Assembly (NCBI GenBank): GCA_964016885.1
Contig: CAXHJY010000866.1
Location: forward strand, 58,137-122,136
From: Eledone cirrhosa
Taxonomy: Eukaryota
Length of the DNA stretch: 64,000 nucleotides
Reading direction: 5' to 3'
Part shown: positions 43,033 through 61,478 of the stretch, piece after piece
How the letters are laid out: the number at the start of each line of letters is the position of its first letter
Position numbering within the stretch: the first letter of the stretch is position 1
Position numbers and translations under genes: made by a program
Notes under the pieces: generated by a model
What the model was told of the DNA's origin: nothing
Databases searched by the model: none
What the model saw: only the letters and a program-made list of their open reading frames with translations

Positions 43033-43815
43033 TACTTATGTATGTGAGCACGTCTTTGTGTGCGTGTGCGTGTGTGTGTCTGTGCGTGTGCTGTTTGTGT
43101 GTGTGTGTAGATCTCTTCAATATTGCAATTTTATAAACATTCACATTTAAAGGAGATTCTCATTTGCAATATATATATATATTTTTTTTTTTGCATGTAT
43201 TGGCGCCTACGTACAATAATTAGCAACTTATTGTTACATGTTTCTGTACAAATGCCGATGTGCTTTCGTGCAGTACTTTAAAATATTGCCTGTGTTTTTT
43301 TGGTATGTCCTTTTTTAATCAATAAACGACTTCAACGAATTATTATTGACTAATGTCCTACACACACACCGTTCTTCGTTACCTTTTCTGCCTTATCTCT
43401 ATCAGCATGGATACGTACTAGTCGATATGTGTTTATGGGAAATAAGCTAAAGGCTGAACGTGATTATACTCTAATGATTAAAGTTACATCTACTGAGATA
43501 TGTCCTGCTCTAAACAATATTCTGTATGAACTGTAGAAATTGTTCATGTCATTACAGATTTTAACGGCGTTAGTGCCGTATTTAGTGTTATTTGAATACG
43601 ATCTTTACAACCAAAAGATCACGTGAGGTTATATCCAAGTCTGTGTCCTATAAGAATCCAATTACCATACATTGTCCATACAATTTCTACTCATTGATGT
43701 GTTATGGTTTATTCAACCATTGATTTATTTATGTAAACATATTAACTCTTCTTTCACGTTGTTGGATATCTTATCGAATAAATGTCAAATAAAATACTAC
43801 ATCTTTGTTTGAGCC

Positions 43816-44340
43816 GTTAGAAATAACAGCTTTTCGTCTTCTACTTCGTCTTCATCGCTCACTTCCTACTGGGAGTGTCGTGGGGGCAGAGTCCTCAAAC
43901 ACTCCCTCTAGTGGGCCCTGTCAGAAATAACATATCTCTTTCTTGGTCCTCGTCTTCGTCACCTGAGAGAGTCGTGGGGACAGAGTCGCCAAACACTCCC
44001 TCTAGTGGGCCCTGTCAGAAATAACAGCCCTTCTTCTTGGTCTTCGCCTTCGTCACCCACTTACTACTGAGAGAGTCGAGGGGACAGAGTCGCCAAACAC
44101 TCCCTCTAGTGGATCCTGTCAGAAATAACAGCCCTTCTTCTTGGTCTTCGCCTTCGTCACCCACTTACTACTGAGAGAGTCGAGGGGACAGAGTCGCCAA
44201 ACACTCCCTCTAGTGGATCCTGTCAGAAATAACAGCCCTTCTTCTTGGTCTTCGTCTTCGTCACCCACTTACTATTGAGAGAGTCGAGGGGACAGAGTCG
44301 CCAAACACTCCCTCTAGTGGATCCTGTCAGAAATAACAGC
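43816..44340. repeat. 104-bp minisatellite, ~5 units
   Basis: gtcagaaataac recurs at 44014, 44118, 44222 and 44326. Confidence 0.95.
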
Positions 44341-44950
44341 TCAATAATCTAAATCACAAATCCTATGAAATTCGTAATGAAAAACTACGAAAACAAATGC
44401 TAACCCAGTAATATGAACATTGTGCCTAAAAACATGATTCGATGTACAGAGATCGATCCTAGATCAAATGTATTTGATATGTTCATATGGTCAGGTTTTT
44501 ATTGTGGCTAGGCAACATCATCATCAACAACAGAGCCGAGTTGTGTTAACACTTGTAACACATATTACTAAAAGGTTGTAACGGAGTCAATTCAGTCAGC
44601 GTGTCGTTAAATATGTTGTTAATAAACTAATGTTTTATTTTAGTTTGTTTGTTTTTGCTGTGGTGGTGGGAGCGGCGGTTCTATGCTAATATATGATATC
44701 TGAAATGTCTTGACCGGTTTCCATAAATATCTAAATCTATATATAACAAGAATTGTCAGTAATACATATCCTGATTCGCGCATGCGCGTTCTCTCTGAAA
44801 AAAATTGATTTTCTATTTCATTTCACACAGACACGCAAACACATACACACACATATATATATATACATATATATGTATATATATATATATATATATACAC
44901 ATACATATATATATATATATATAAATATACATACATATATATATATATAA

Positions 44951-44997
<47 letters not shown>

Positions 44998-45817
44998 ATA
45001 GCGGCTGTCCCCCCCCCCCATATTCCCATGGACAGGAGTTTTGTAAATTATGTAATGTAGAATTATTTTGTATTATGAAATCCAAAAACATTTTATTAAA
45101 TAACAGAATAGAGCGATCGTTATACTGTAACCATCGCTTAAAATCTACATTTTCATATTATAAATACTACCAGGATTGAACGCCTGTCTCTATCTCCGTT
45201 TCATTGTCAAAATAGATATTAACATTCTTTATTAGTCTTAATTCTATCAACTCTTCTATTATTTACCTTTTAATATAAACTGCTATAGGTAAAATGAAAT
45301 TTCTGATTTCTTGATTCAATTCCCTAATGCATATACCAGCTGGCTACTATCATTGATGTTATTCAGTAGCAATCGAAATCTCCCCCTTCCCCAATTGACA
45401 CTTTATAATTAATACTACTTCACCAAATGACCAGCCCTGTCCACTGTCCAATTGGTCAAGTAGAGATTAAAATTGGCACTCCCAAAATTCTTATTTAGAT
45501 TTACTCATGGTATTCTCATTAGAAACCCATTATATACATGTTTAGCAGTAAATTAATTTGCCATCTGTCATATACTATCCCCTCTTTTTCTTCCTCTATT
45601 ACTAATATAAATACTTCAATTTTTCTGATTTTATCCAATTTATCCAAAATCTCTGAAGAAGTGACAACTGATTATACATTTGCTATCGAATACTTGCTAA
45701 CATTATAAGATTACGCAAGCAGCGATACATAGGTATTCCGTCTGTTACAGAAACATATGTCAATACCTAATAAATTCCTTTTTAAAAAAAGCACTTTCAT
45801 TTTATATTCATCCTTTC

Positions 45818-45896
<79 letters not shown>

Positions 45897-45912
45897 TATA
45901 TATATATATACA

Positions 45913-45952
<40 letters not shown>

Positions 45953-46027
45953 TATATATATATACATATATATAATATATATATATATATTATATATATA
46001 TATATAATATATATATACATATATATA

Positions 46028-46058
<31 letters not shown>

Positions 46059-46214
46059 CATATATATATTATATATATATATATATATATAATATATAAT
46101 ATATATATACATATATATAATATATATATATATACATATATATAATATATATATATATACATATATATAATATATATATATATGCATATATATAATATAT
46201 ATATATATATATAC

Positions 46215-46292
<78 letters not shown>

Positions 46293-46296
<4 letters not shown>

Positions 46297-46630
46297 CAAC
46301 CCCCCCCCCTCTCTTATTTGAAGAACTATTGTAACGCGAACTGGCGCGAAATTTATTATAATTATTGACAAACCAATCAAATTACTTCTCGAAAAACCTG
46401 GCTTTTGAGCCACTTTTTCCATATAAAACAAGTAACATTTAGAGACCAACCAGATGTGAGAAAAACCACAGAACCTCCATCTCAACTCACCTTTTGAAAA
46501 GCAGAAGAACTGCGAAACCGGTAAAGGAACCAAATAGATATATATATTTTTAAAAAAATAAATATATATATATTTTGAAAAAAAAATAAGTCTTCAGTTG
46601 CATTTTCGATTTCATCCCTTTTTCTTTATA
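46293..46630 (+). mobile_element. solo Penelope terminal repeat in a TA tract, with hammerhead 46490-46527
   Basis: Homologous to 42640-42900. cctt-TTGAAAA-gcag-aagaa-ctgc-GAAAC-cg-GTA-aagg. Confidence 0.8.
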
Positions 46631-46657
46631 TATATACATATATATATATATATATAA

Positions 46658-46824
<167 letters not shown>

Positions 46825-46901
46825 CATACATATATATATATATATATACATACATATATGTATATATATATACATACATATATGTATATATATATACATA
46901 C

Positions 46902-47000
<99 letters not shown>

Positions 47001-47021
47001 CATATATATATATATACATAC

Positions 47022-47118
<97 letters not shown>

Positions 47119-47249
47119 TATATATAATATATATATATATAATATATATATATATATATAATATATATATATATATTATATATATATATATAATATATAT
47201 ATATATATATAATATATATATATATATATAATATATATATATATAATAT

Positions 47250-47304
<55 letters not shown>

Positions 47305-47456
47305 TATATATAATATATATATATATAATATATATATATATATATAATATATATATATATATTATATATATATATATAATATATATATATATATATAATA
47401 TATATATATATATATAATATATATATATATATATAATATATATATACATATATATA

Positions 47457-47491
<35 letters not shown>

Positions 47492-47647
47492 CATATATAT
47501 ATTATATATATATATATATATATAATATATAATATATATATACATATATATAATATATATATATATACATATATATAATATATATATATATACATATATA
47601 TAATATATATATATATGCATATATATAATATATATATATATATATAC

Positions 47648-47731
<84 letters not shown>

Positions 47732-47735
<4 letters not shown>

Positions 47736-48070
47736 CAACCCCCCCCCCCTCTCTTATTTGAAGAACTATTGTAACGCGAACTGGCGCGAAATTTATTATA
47801 ATTATTGACAAACCAATCAAATTACTTCTCGAAAAACCTGGCTTTTGAGCCACTTTTTCCATATAAAACAAGTAACATTTAGAGACCAACCAGATGTGAG
47901 AAAAACCACAGAACCTCCATCTCAACTCACCTTTTGAAAAGCAGAAGAACTGCGAAACCGGTAAAGGAACCAAATAGATATATATATTTTTAAAAAAATA
48001 AATATATATATATTTTGAAAAAAAAATAAGTCTTCAGTTGCATTTTCGATTTCATCCCTTTTTCTTTATA
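47732..48070 (+). mobile_element. duplicate of 46293-46630 (1440-bp period), hammerhead 47930-47967
   Basis: Essentially identical sequence, including the flanking microsatellite pattern. Confidence 0.8.
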
Positions 48071-48097
48071 TATATACATATATATATATATATATAA

Positions 48098-48276
<179 letters not shown>

Positions 48277-48329
48277 CATACATATATGTATATATATATA
48301 CATACATATATGTATATATATATACATAC

Positions 48330-48426
<97 letters not shown>

Positions 48427-48447
48427 CATATATATATATATACATAC

Positions 48448-48556
<109 letters not shown>

Positions 48557-48638
48557 TATATATAATATATATATATATAATATATATATATATATATAAT
48601 ATATATATATATATTATATATATATATATAATATATAT

Positions 48639-48670
<32 letters not shown>

Positions 48671-48797
48671 ATATATATATATATAATATATATATATATA
48701 ATATATATATATATATATAATATATATATATATATTATATATATATATATAATATATATATATATATATAATATATATATATATATATAATATATAT

Positions 48798-48831
<34 letters not shown>

Positions 48832-48839
48832 ATATATAT

Positions 48840-49003
<164 letters not shown>

Positions 49004-49068
49004 TATATATAAATATATATATATAAATATATATATAAATATATATATATAAATATATATATAAATAT

Positions 49069-49103
<35 letters not shown>

Positions 49104-49512
49104 CAATATTAAATGAATGGAAAACTATATTTGTAAAGCCATATTTGTTTCATTATATATGTTTCGGGGATGTCATATTATCGGTGTGCTGTGCCTTCAT
49201 CGGACAAAGTACAATGTGGGCAGTTTTGTGGATGGATATGTTCGACATACCGTGGTAAACATCAACTTCATTTGAAGAGGTTTACGCTGAAGTTGATGAA
49301 GTTGATGTTTGTTGCGGTATGTCGAATGTGTTTATCTGTGAGACTGTTTATATTGTGTTTTGTCTGATGAAGGCGTAGCATGTTGTTGGTGTGATGTCCC
49401 CGAGGTGTATATAATGAGGTAGATATGGTTTTGTAGATATGGTTTTCCATTTGTTTAATATTGTAAATATGCTCCAAATATTTGTCGAGTGCTTTTATAT
49501 CAGTTTTATATC

Positions 49513-49515
<3 letters not shown>
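49104..49515 (+). mobile_element. fold-back Penelope terminal-repeat element with A-to-G hypermutation in both arms
   Basis: 49104-49270 aligns to 15832-15990 and 49296-49510 aligns to 20110-20310. Differences are almost all A>G on the + strand. Confidence 0.85.
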
Positions 49516-49543
<28 letters not shown>

Positions 49544-49553
49544 CATATATATA

Positions 49554-49594
<41 letters not shown>

Positions 49595-49598
49595 TATA

Positions 49599-49679
<81 letters not shown>

Positions 49680-49704
49680 CATATATATATACATATATAT
49701 ATAC

Positions 49705-49793
<89 letters not shown>

Positions 49794-49802
49794 AATATAT
49801 AC

Positions 49803-49864
<62 letters not shown>

Positions 49865-49865
49865 G

Positions 49866-49896
<31 letters not shown>

Positions 49897-49898
49897 GT

Positions 49899-49937
<39 letters not shown>

Positions 49938-49941
49938 TATA

Positions 49942-49978
<37 letters not shown>

Positions 49979-49980
49979 GC

Positions 49981-50113
<133 letters not shown>

Positions 50114-50121
50114 CATACATA

Positions 50122-50341
<220 letters not shown>

Positions 50342-50490
50342 CGTATGTACGTATGTATGTACGTATGTATATATATATGTACACATATATATATACATTT
50401 ATACATATATATATATATATATATATGTATACATGTATATATATATGTATATATGTATATATATATGTATATATATATGTATGTATATAT

Positions 50491-50596
<106 letters not shown>

Positions 50597-50610
50597 TATA
50601 TATATACATT

Positions 50611-50657
<47 letters not shown>

Positions 50658-50749
50658 CATATACATACATATATATATACATATACATACATATATATAT
50701 ATATATACATATATATATACATATATATATACATACATATATATATATG

Positions 50750-50899
<150 letters not shown>

Positions 50900-50908
50900 C
50901 ATATATAC

Positions 50909-51034
<126 letters not shown>

Positions 51035-51055
51035 GCATATATACATATATATATA

Positions 51056-52774
51056 CATTATGAAGAGAGAAGAAACATTTAGATATAATTAGTAATAAAA
51101 TGTATCATACCTAAACTGCTCCTAAATTCCTCGACTACGTAGTTTCGTGGCATAAACAAAAACAATATATCAGAGATATAGAGTCCTTGCGAGGTCTGCC
51201 GACTTATCAAGAGGATACCTCATTTTACTAGTCTCAAGAACGCGTCTACACGACGTGAGAAAGAATCCCAAAAGGCGGAGGGGGAGATAGTCACGCGATA
51301 TAACGCTCGAGAAACAGAGCTAAGCCTCCTATAACCACGAAGAAAATACCACGGGGGCGGAGGGGGTATTCATATCGAGGCCGCAGAAGAGGAAGTGAAG
51401 AAGGCGAGAAGTATGAGTAATGGAAGCTTTCCAGTTGTCCCCACACTTCAAAGATTGCTCGACCAGAGGGAGTTATTAACAATATATTTAGAAACACACA
51501 GATACACGCGGACACACACATATAGACATGAATGCATCCGCACCCAACTGTGAGTTAAGGGTGCCAACTTCACCGATGTTGCTCAATGAATGACTGGGAC
51601 AGACCAATTCAGTTTGAACCAGACTGAACCAGTATCAGAGTTAAAAATACATTATGAAGAGAGAAGAAACATTTAGATATAATTAGTAATAAAATGTATC
51701 ATACCTAAACTGCTCCTAAATTCCTCGACTACGTAGTTTCGTGGCATAAACAAAAACAATATATCAGAGATATAGAGTCCTTGCGAGGTCTGCCGACTTA
51801 TCAAGAGGATACCTCATTTTACTAGTCTCAAGAACGCGTCTACACGACGTGAGAAAGAATCCCAAAAGGCGGAGGGGGAGATAGTCACGCGATATATATC
51901 TCTGATATATTGTTTTTGTTTATGCCACGAAACTACGTAGTCGAGGAATTTAGGAGCAGTTTAGGTATGATACATTTTATTACTAATTATATCTAAATGT
52001 TTCTTCTCTCTTCATAATGTATTTTTAACTCTGATACTGGTTCAGTCTGGTTCAAACTGAATTGGTCTGTCCCAGTCATTCATTGAGCAACATCGGTGAA
52101 GTTGGCACCCTTAACTCACAGTTGGGTGCGGATGCATTCATGTCTATATGTGTGTGTCCGCGTGTATCTGTGTGTTTCTAAATATATTGTTAATAACTCC
52201 CTCTTGTCGAGCAATCTTTGAAGTGTGGGGACAACTGGAAAGCTTCCATTACTCATACTTCTCGCCTTCTTCACTTCCTCTTCTGCGGCCTCGATATGAA
52301 TACCCCCTCCGCCCCGTGGTATTTTCTTCGTGGTTATAGGAGTCTTAGCTCTGTTTCTCGAGCGTTATATCGCGTGACTATCTCCCCCTCCGCCTTTTGG
52401 GATTCTTTCTCACGTCGTGTAGACGCGTTCTTGAGACTAGTAAAATGAGGTATCCTCTTGATAAGTCGGCAGACCTCGCAAGGACTCTATATCTCTGATA
52501 TATTGTTTTTGTTTATGCCACGAAACTACGTAGTCGAGGAATTTAGGAGCAGTTTAGGTATGATACATTTTATTACTAATTATATCTAAATGTTTCTTCT
52601 CTCTTCATAATGTATTTTTAACTCTGATACTGGTTCAGTCTGGTTCAAACTGAATTGGTCTGTCCCAGTCATTCATTGAGCAACATCGGTGAAGTTGGCA
52701 CCCTTAACTCACAGTTGGGTGCGGATGCATTCATGTCTATATGTGTGTGTCCGCGTGTATCTGTGTGTTTCTAA

Positions 52775-52782
<8 letters not shown>
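51056..52782. mobile_element. retrozyme-like ~594-bp unit in tandem and inverted arrangement
   Basis: Minus-oriented 1.4 units (period 594) are joined at ~51893 to plus-oriented 1.5 units (period 593). Hammerheads at 51128-51215(-), 51722-51809(-) and 52453-52540(+). Confidence 0.8.
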
Positions 52783-52808
<26 letters not shown>

Positions 52809-52809
52809 C

Positions 52810-52911
<102 letters not shown>

Positions 52912-52912
52912 T

Positions 52913-52954
<42 letters not shown>

Positions 52955-53038
52955 CATATATATAATATATATATATATATACATTTATATAATATATATA
53001 TATATATATATACGTATATATATATACATATACATACA

Positions 53039-53071
<33 letters not shown>

Positions 53072-53073
<2 letters not shown>

Positions 53074-53620
53074 GGCGGCTGCCAACTCGTTTTTCGAGTA
53101 CGGCCACTACTTTATATCCATGTAGGAGAACTCCTACCGATGTGCTGAACGAGTGTGACTCTTTAGTCCAGCCAGCGACTTGAAAACTCTGGTACAAACA
53201 CTACACTTGTGACAATTATTGACACATAGTGCTGGGCCATGGTACCATATGTCGACAAGTGCAGAGAGAGCTCCAGATATAAAGCAATGCCTGTGCCGTG
53301 AAGCTTTTATAGTGAGCAAAGGCATTGCACAAAGCCAGTCCCACTCTCTTAACCAAGAGGATATTTACCAAAAAGAAGAACAAGTCAACATCATTGGATA
53401 CCATCAGGGTTGCAGGTGTTTTATCAGAGTTTTCCTTCTCCTAGAATTCTGCCTTGACAAAGGCTAAGGGGTCATCTCTCCCGGTGGTTTTGGATGGCCA
53501 TTGACTCTTAAAAGCTCCTTTGCCCTTTGACAGGTTTTGTTTTTAGTCCCGCAGGATGTCCAAAGTCACCCTCCTCACCAAGAAACCTTGGTGGGGTTGC
53601 CAGTTTAGTCGCCAACGACT
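53072..53620 (-). mobile_element. non-autonomous RTE-like derivative (second copy)
   Basis: Reverse-complement homolog of 10690-11240. ORF 53134-53325 ends in a C2H2-like motif. Confidence 0.65.
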
Positions 53621-57860
<4,240 letters not shown>

Positions 57861-58267
57861 GATCGATCGACTTTCGTCAAGTCGGACCAGTTGCTAATAT
57901 AGTGCAAGAATGACAGGAATGATGGTCTGTTGCGTCATACATAATATACCCTTCCTTTGAAAACATCATATAAAGCAACATTTCAATAAAGAAACATTTC
58001 AACCATAGGTGAAATTCACAGTCATGGTCGCATCATGGTCGCATATTATCTGTATCTATTTGCTTGGGAATCATGAGATGGCACGTTCAATCCAATTGCA
58101 TGGTATCTTGGACAATTGTAATTTAGTCATAGTCTCTGTTCACCTCATGCCAGGTGAGTGAAGTTCGATAGACGGAAACAGACAGGATGTCCGTCAGATG
58201 AACTGTCATTGTAAGTCAAATGCCAGTCCTTGTCATACCTTGTGTTATGGAGATTCTGCACAAAAAT

Positions 58268-58455
58268 AATTGGTTCTACTTTTGGCACAAGGCCAGCAAT
58301 TATTCCAGTGCATTAGAGGTACTTTATTTTATCGATGTCGTAAGGATGAAATGCAAAGTTAACCACGTCGGTATTTGAACTCAGACCGGAAAGGGACATA
58401 ACTCTTTGGTGGAAAGCATGATGTCTGACACTCTACCGATACTGCCAATCCAACG
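58268..58455 (-). mobile_element. SINE family A
   Basis: Reverse complement of the family A consensus. Confidence 0.8.
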
Positions 58456-58629
58456 CCTTAAAAAGGTTAGAGAAACAGTCATCTACAAGTACATTTATGA
58501 CAAAAGTGACGGAGACCATCCCGTTACATACGTTCAACAGCTTTTAGACTCCAACAATATTTGTTAGACGTGTGCTATTTTTGAATCTCTGATTAATAGT
58601 ATATGAACTGCAGTGTAATTCGATCTTCA

Positions 58630-58668
<39 letters not shown>

Positions 58669-59258
58669 CTTTGTGTGTGTAGATAAATCTACCAAAATAA
58701 ACGGTAGTGTCCAATCCGTATGAAGAACTCAATGTAATCTAAATATAGAAGATATGAAAAGAGAAAATGCATTCAAAAGTTAACGACAAAAAATCATAGG
58801 AAAACAGTCAAGATAAAATAATAAAAACAATGAAATAAAAACAAAGAACAGGTTCCGTATATTGAAAAATTCATCGTTTTACGATCGTTTCTGGGATATA
58901 TATGTGTCTTAGATCTTTAACATGATATACATACTATGTAAGAAACTATGACAAATTATCAACACTCTCATCCCACAATTTTCTTTCCCTTCGATTTTAA
59001 CAGCATTTTATAATAACACTAAATTTTTTGGGACTCCTTCACTATCTCCTTGATTTGACCTCATTCTAACCCCTATCTTTCTCTTCCCCATTATAATCTT
59101 TTCATTCAAAGCATAAATTTACATTCCTCCACTCCTAGCATCAAGTTCTACTACTGTTATTCTATCAACTTGACCTCTATCTCTTTTCTATTGGACAATT
59201 CAAAACCTGTTCTCAAACAGACATTTTATATTAATACTTTGTTTCTTTCAATAAACAT

Positions 59259-59404
59259 ACTTCATAATTTCTGAAGATGGCATGTATAGGTGAAGGTATG
59301 TATATCTCCTCTGATAATCTGTAATATTTTTTACATAGATCTTTAACATGATATACATACCAACACACATATATATCCAAGAAACGATCGTAAAATGATG
59401 AAGT
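59259..59404 (+). ncRNA. hammerhead ribozyme with long helix II, inside a fold-back element (58814-59458)
   Basis: acttcataattt-CTGAAGA-tgg..ggtatgtatatc...gatatacatacc..cca-a-GAAAC-gatc-GTA-aaatgatgaagt. 58814-58907 is the inverse of 59365-59458. Confidence 0.75.
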
Positions 59405-59557
59405 TTTCAATATAAGGAACCTGTTCTTTGTTTTTATTTCATTGTTTTTATTATTTTATATATGTATATATATATATATTTATATATATACGTAGGTCCC
59501 GGGTTGAGTCGGGGATAACCACAGTAAGTAAGGTATTCAATACATGGCAGAGTAAAT

Positions 59558-59688
59558 TTTTTTTATTTTATAGAAGGAGCTTCTACAGGACTAGTACTGT
59601 TTCGTTCAGATGAAATCTTCAGGAAGAAGATTTCATCTGAACGAAACAGTACTAGTCCTGTAGAAGCTCCTTCTATAAAATAAAAAAA
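59558..59688. repeat. perfect 63-bp hairpin containing hammerhead core pieces
   Basis: 59558-59620 is the reverse complement of 59626-59688. The minus strand reads CTGAAGA-tttca-tc-tgaac-GAAAC-agtacta-GTC. Confidence 0.85.
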
Positions 59689-59734
59689 TATTTATATATA
59701 TATATATATATTTATTTATTAAAGATATATGTTT

Positions 59735-60210
59735 ATATATAGTGAGAGAAATAGCCATATATCGTATAATAAACACAGTATATTATATATATAGACCAAA
59801 TACATATTCTATAGAAGAATATGTACACAGGTAGAATCGTGAGTGAAACGTTATACCGCTATTTCATACCTGGAAATGTAGCAAAAAATCACTATATGTA
59901 ATTGATCATCGAAAAAAATCAATCACTATAATCGATCATCGAAGAAAAATTATCGACTGTGATTAAACCACACGAGACTCAGGTACTCATCACAGGTTTA
60001 GTATCACCATTCTCAGGGAAATATTTCCCTTAGATTATATTGATCGATTTTGTTTTCAATGATCGTTTATATTGATTGATTTGTTTTTGATGATCGACTA
60101 CATAGATTGATTTTTAGCTCCATCTTCCAGGTATGAAATAGAATATGTATTTGGTATATACACAATATACCGGGTTTCTTTTACGATATATGGCTCTCTC
60201 TATATATATA
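59735..60210. mobile_element. imperfect fold-back/MITE-like element
   Basis: agccatatatcgta..accaaatacatattctat and ctatttcatacctgga are mirrored at 60127-60197. Confidence 0.65.
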
Positions 60211-60881
60211 TAAACATGTATATTTTAATTTTGTTATTATGACTCGAGATAAACTATATTGAGCTTACTTATTGAGAAACAGTAAATTCTAAACCGATCT
60301 GAAATATGTTGATTCATCATTTATATATATATGCTCGCTGCTGGTTGAGGTTGCGTTACCTAACTTTATTAGAGCTTTCTAGAATTGTTTCTCTTTTAGC
60401 AATATGATTTTGTGTGTTTTTTCTTGTCTAAAGTTTATTTAGTCAAACCTGTTTTTGTCGAAACACTAAGCTACAGTTCCTTGACACAGACACATAAACG
60501 CATTGATGAAGTGTCACAGTCACACGAATATACACATATATACACACACCAAAATACACACATGCGCAGGCACGCATATATATATAGCTAAGGATCCGCT
60601 AAGGTGAAACAATTGTTCTCGGTATGGTGAACTAACTGTTGTGTAACCACTTCTATATATATATATATATATATAAAATATTCATTTTATTTTCAATACA
60701 CCATGAATTTAGATTTTGATGTCGATTATTATGTTTATTCTATGTAAATATTTGATTTCTTTATATTTGATGTCACGTATTCTATATGAAGGTGCGTAGA
60801 TTTTTCGTTATGAAGTTCAACGTTCGATTGTAAAACAGAAGTTCGATTCCCTGCTGCGCGTTGTATCTATGAGCATATCAT

Positions 60882-61068
60882 TGTGGATTGGCAGTATCGG
60901 TAGAGGGTCGGACGCCATGCTTTGACGCATAGTTACGGCCCGTGCCATTCTGAGTTGAAATCCCGCCGAGGTTAACTTTGCCTTTCATCCTTACGGGATC
61001 GATAAAATAAAGTACCAGTAATGCACTGGGTAATTGCTGGTCTTGTGCCAAAAAGTAGAAACAATTAT
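60882..61068 (+). mobile_element. SINE family A, near full length
   Basis: Match to family A consensus. Confidence 0.85.
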
Positions 61069-61478
61069 ATTGCTGCAGTTTATTCAGTTGCATTCGTAAT
61101 ACAAATGACCAAATTTGCTACACATTAGAACTTTGCTAACCATTAGAATCTAACTGATGTTTGAGTTAAAAACCTGTCCGTGAAATGCTAAGTAATGTGT
61201 ATATACATCAGTATAGTTAATACGAAGTATTGTGTGATATGTAACCAATGAGATATGTAATACAGTTTCAGAAAGCCAGTACAATGCTGTAGAAATATAT
61301 AAAATCCCAGGATGACAAATAAAACAAAACAAAGTCAAGTTTTACCCAGTATAATTCAAGATGATATCTCGGGGCTAAACGAACCTTTCGAATGTAAAAT
61401 GAAAACAGTTCAAATTAAAAAAAAATCAAAACAGTTAGTGAAGAGCACAGTTCATCTTGTTTTGAAGTTTATCAGTTA

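Noticed and set aside
43816-44340. Regular repeats resembling a CRISPR array
   Set aside because: Whole 104-bp units are repeated with no unique spacers, in a eukaryotic context. It is a minisatellite.
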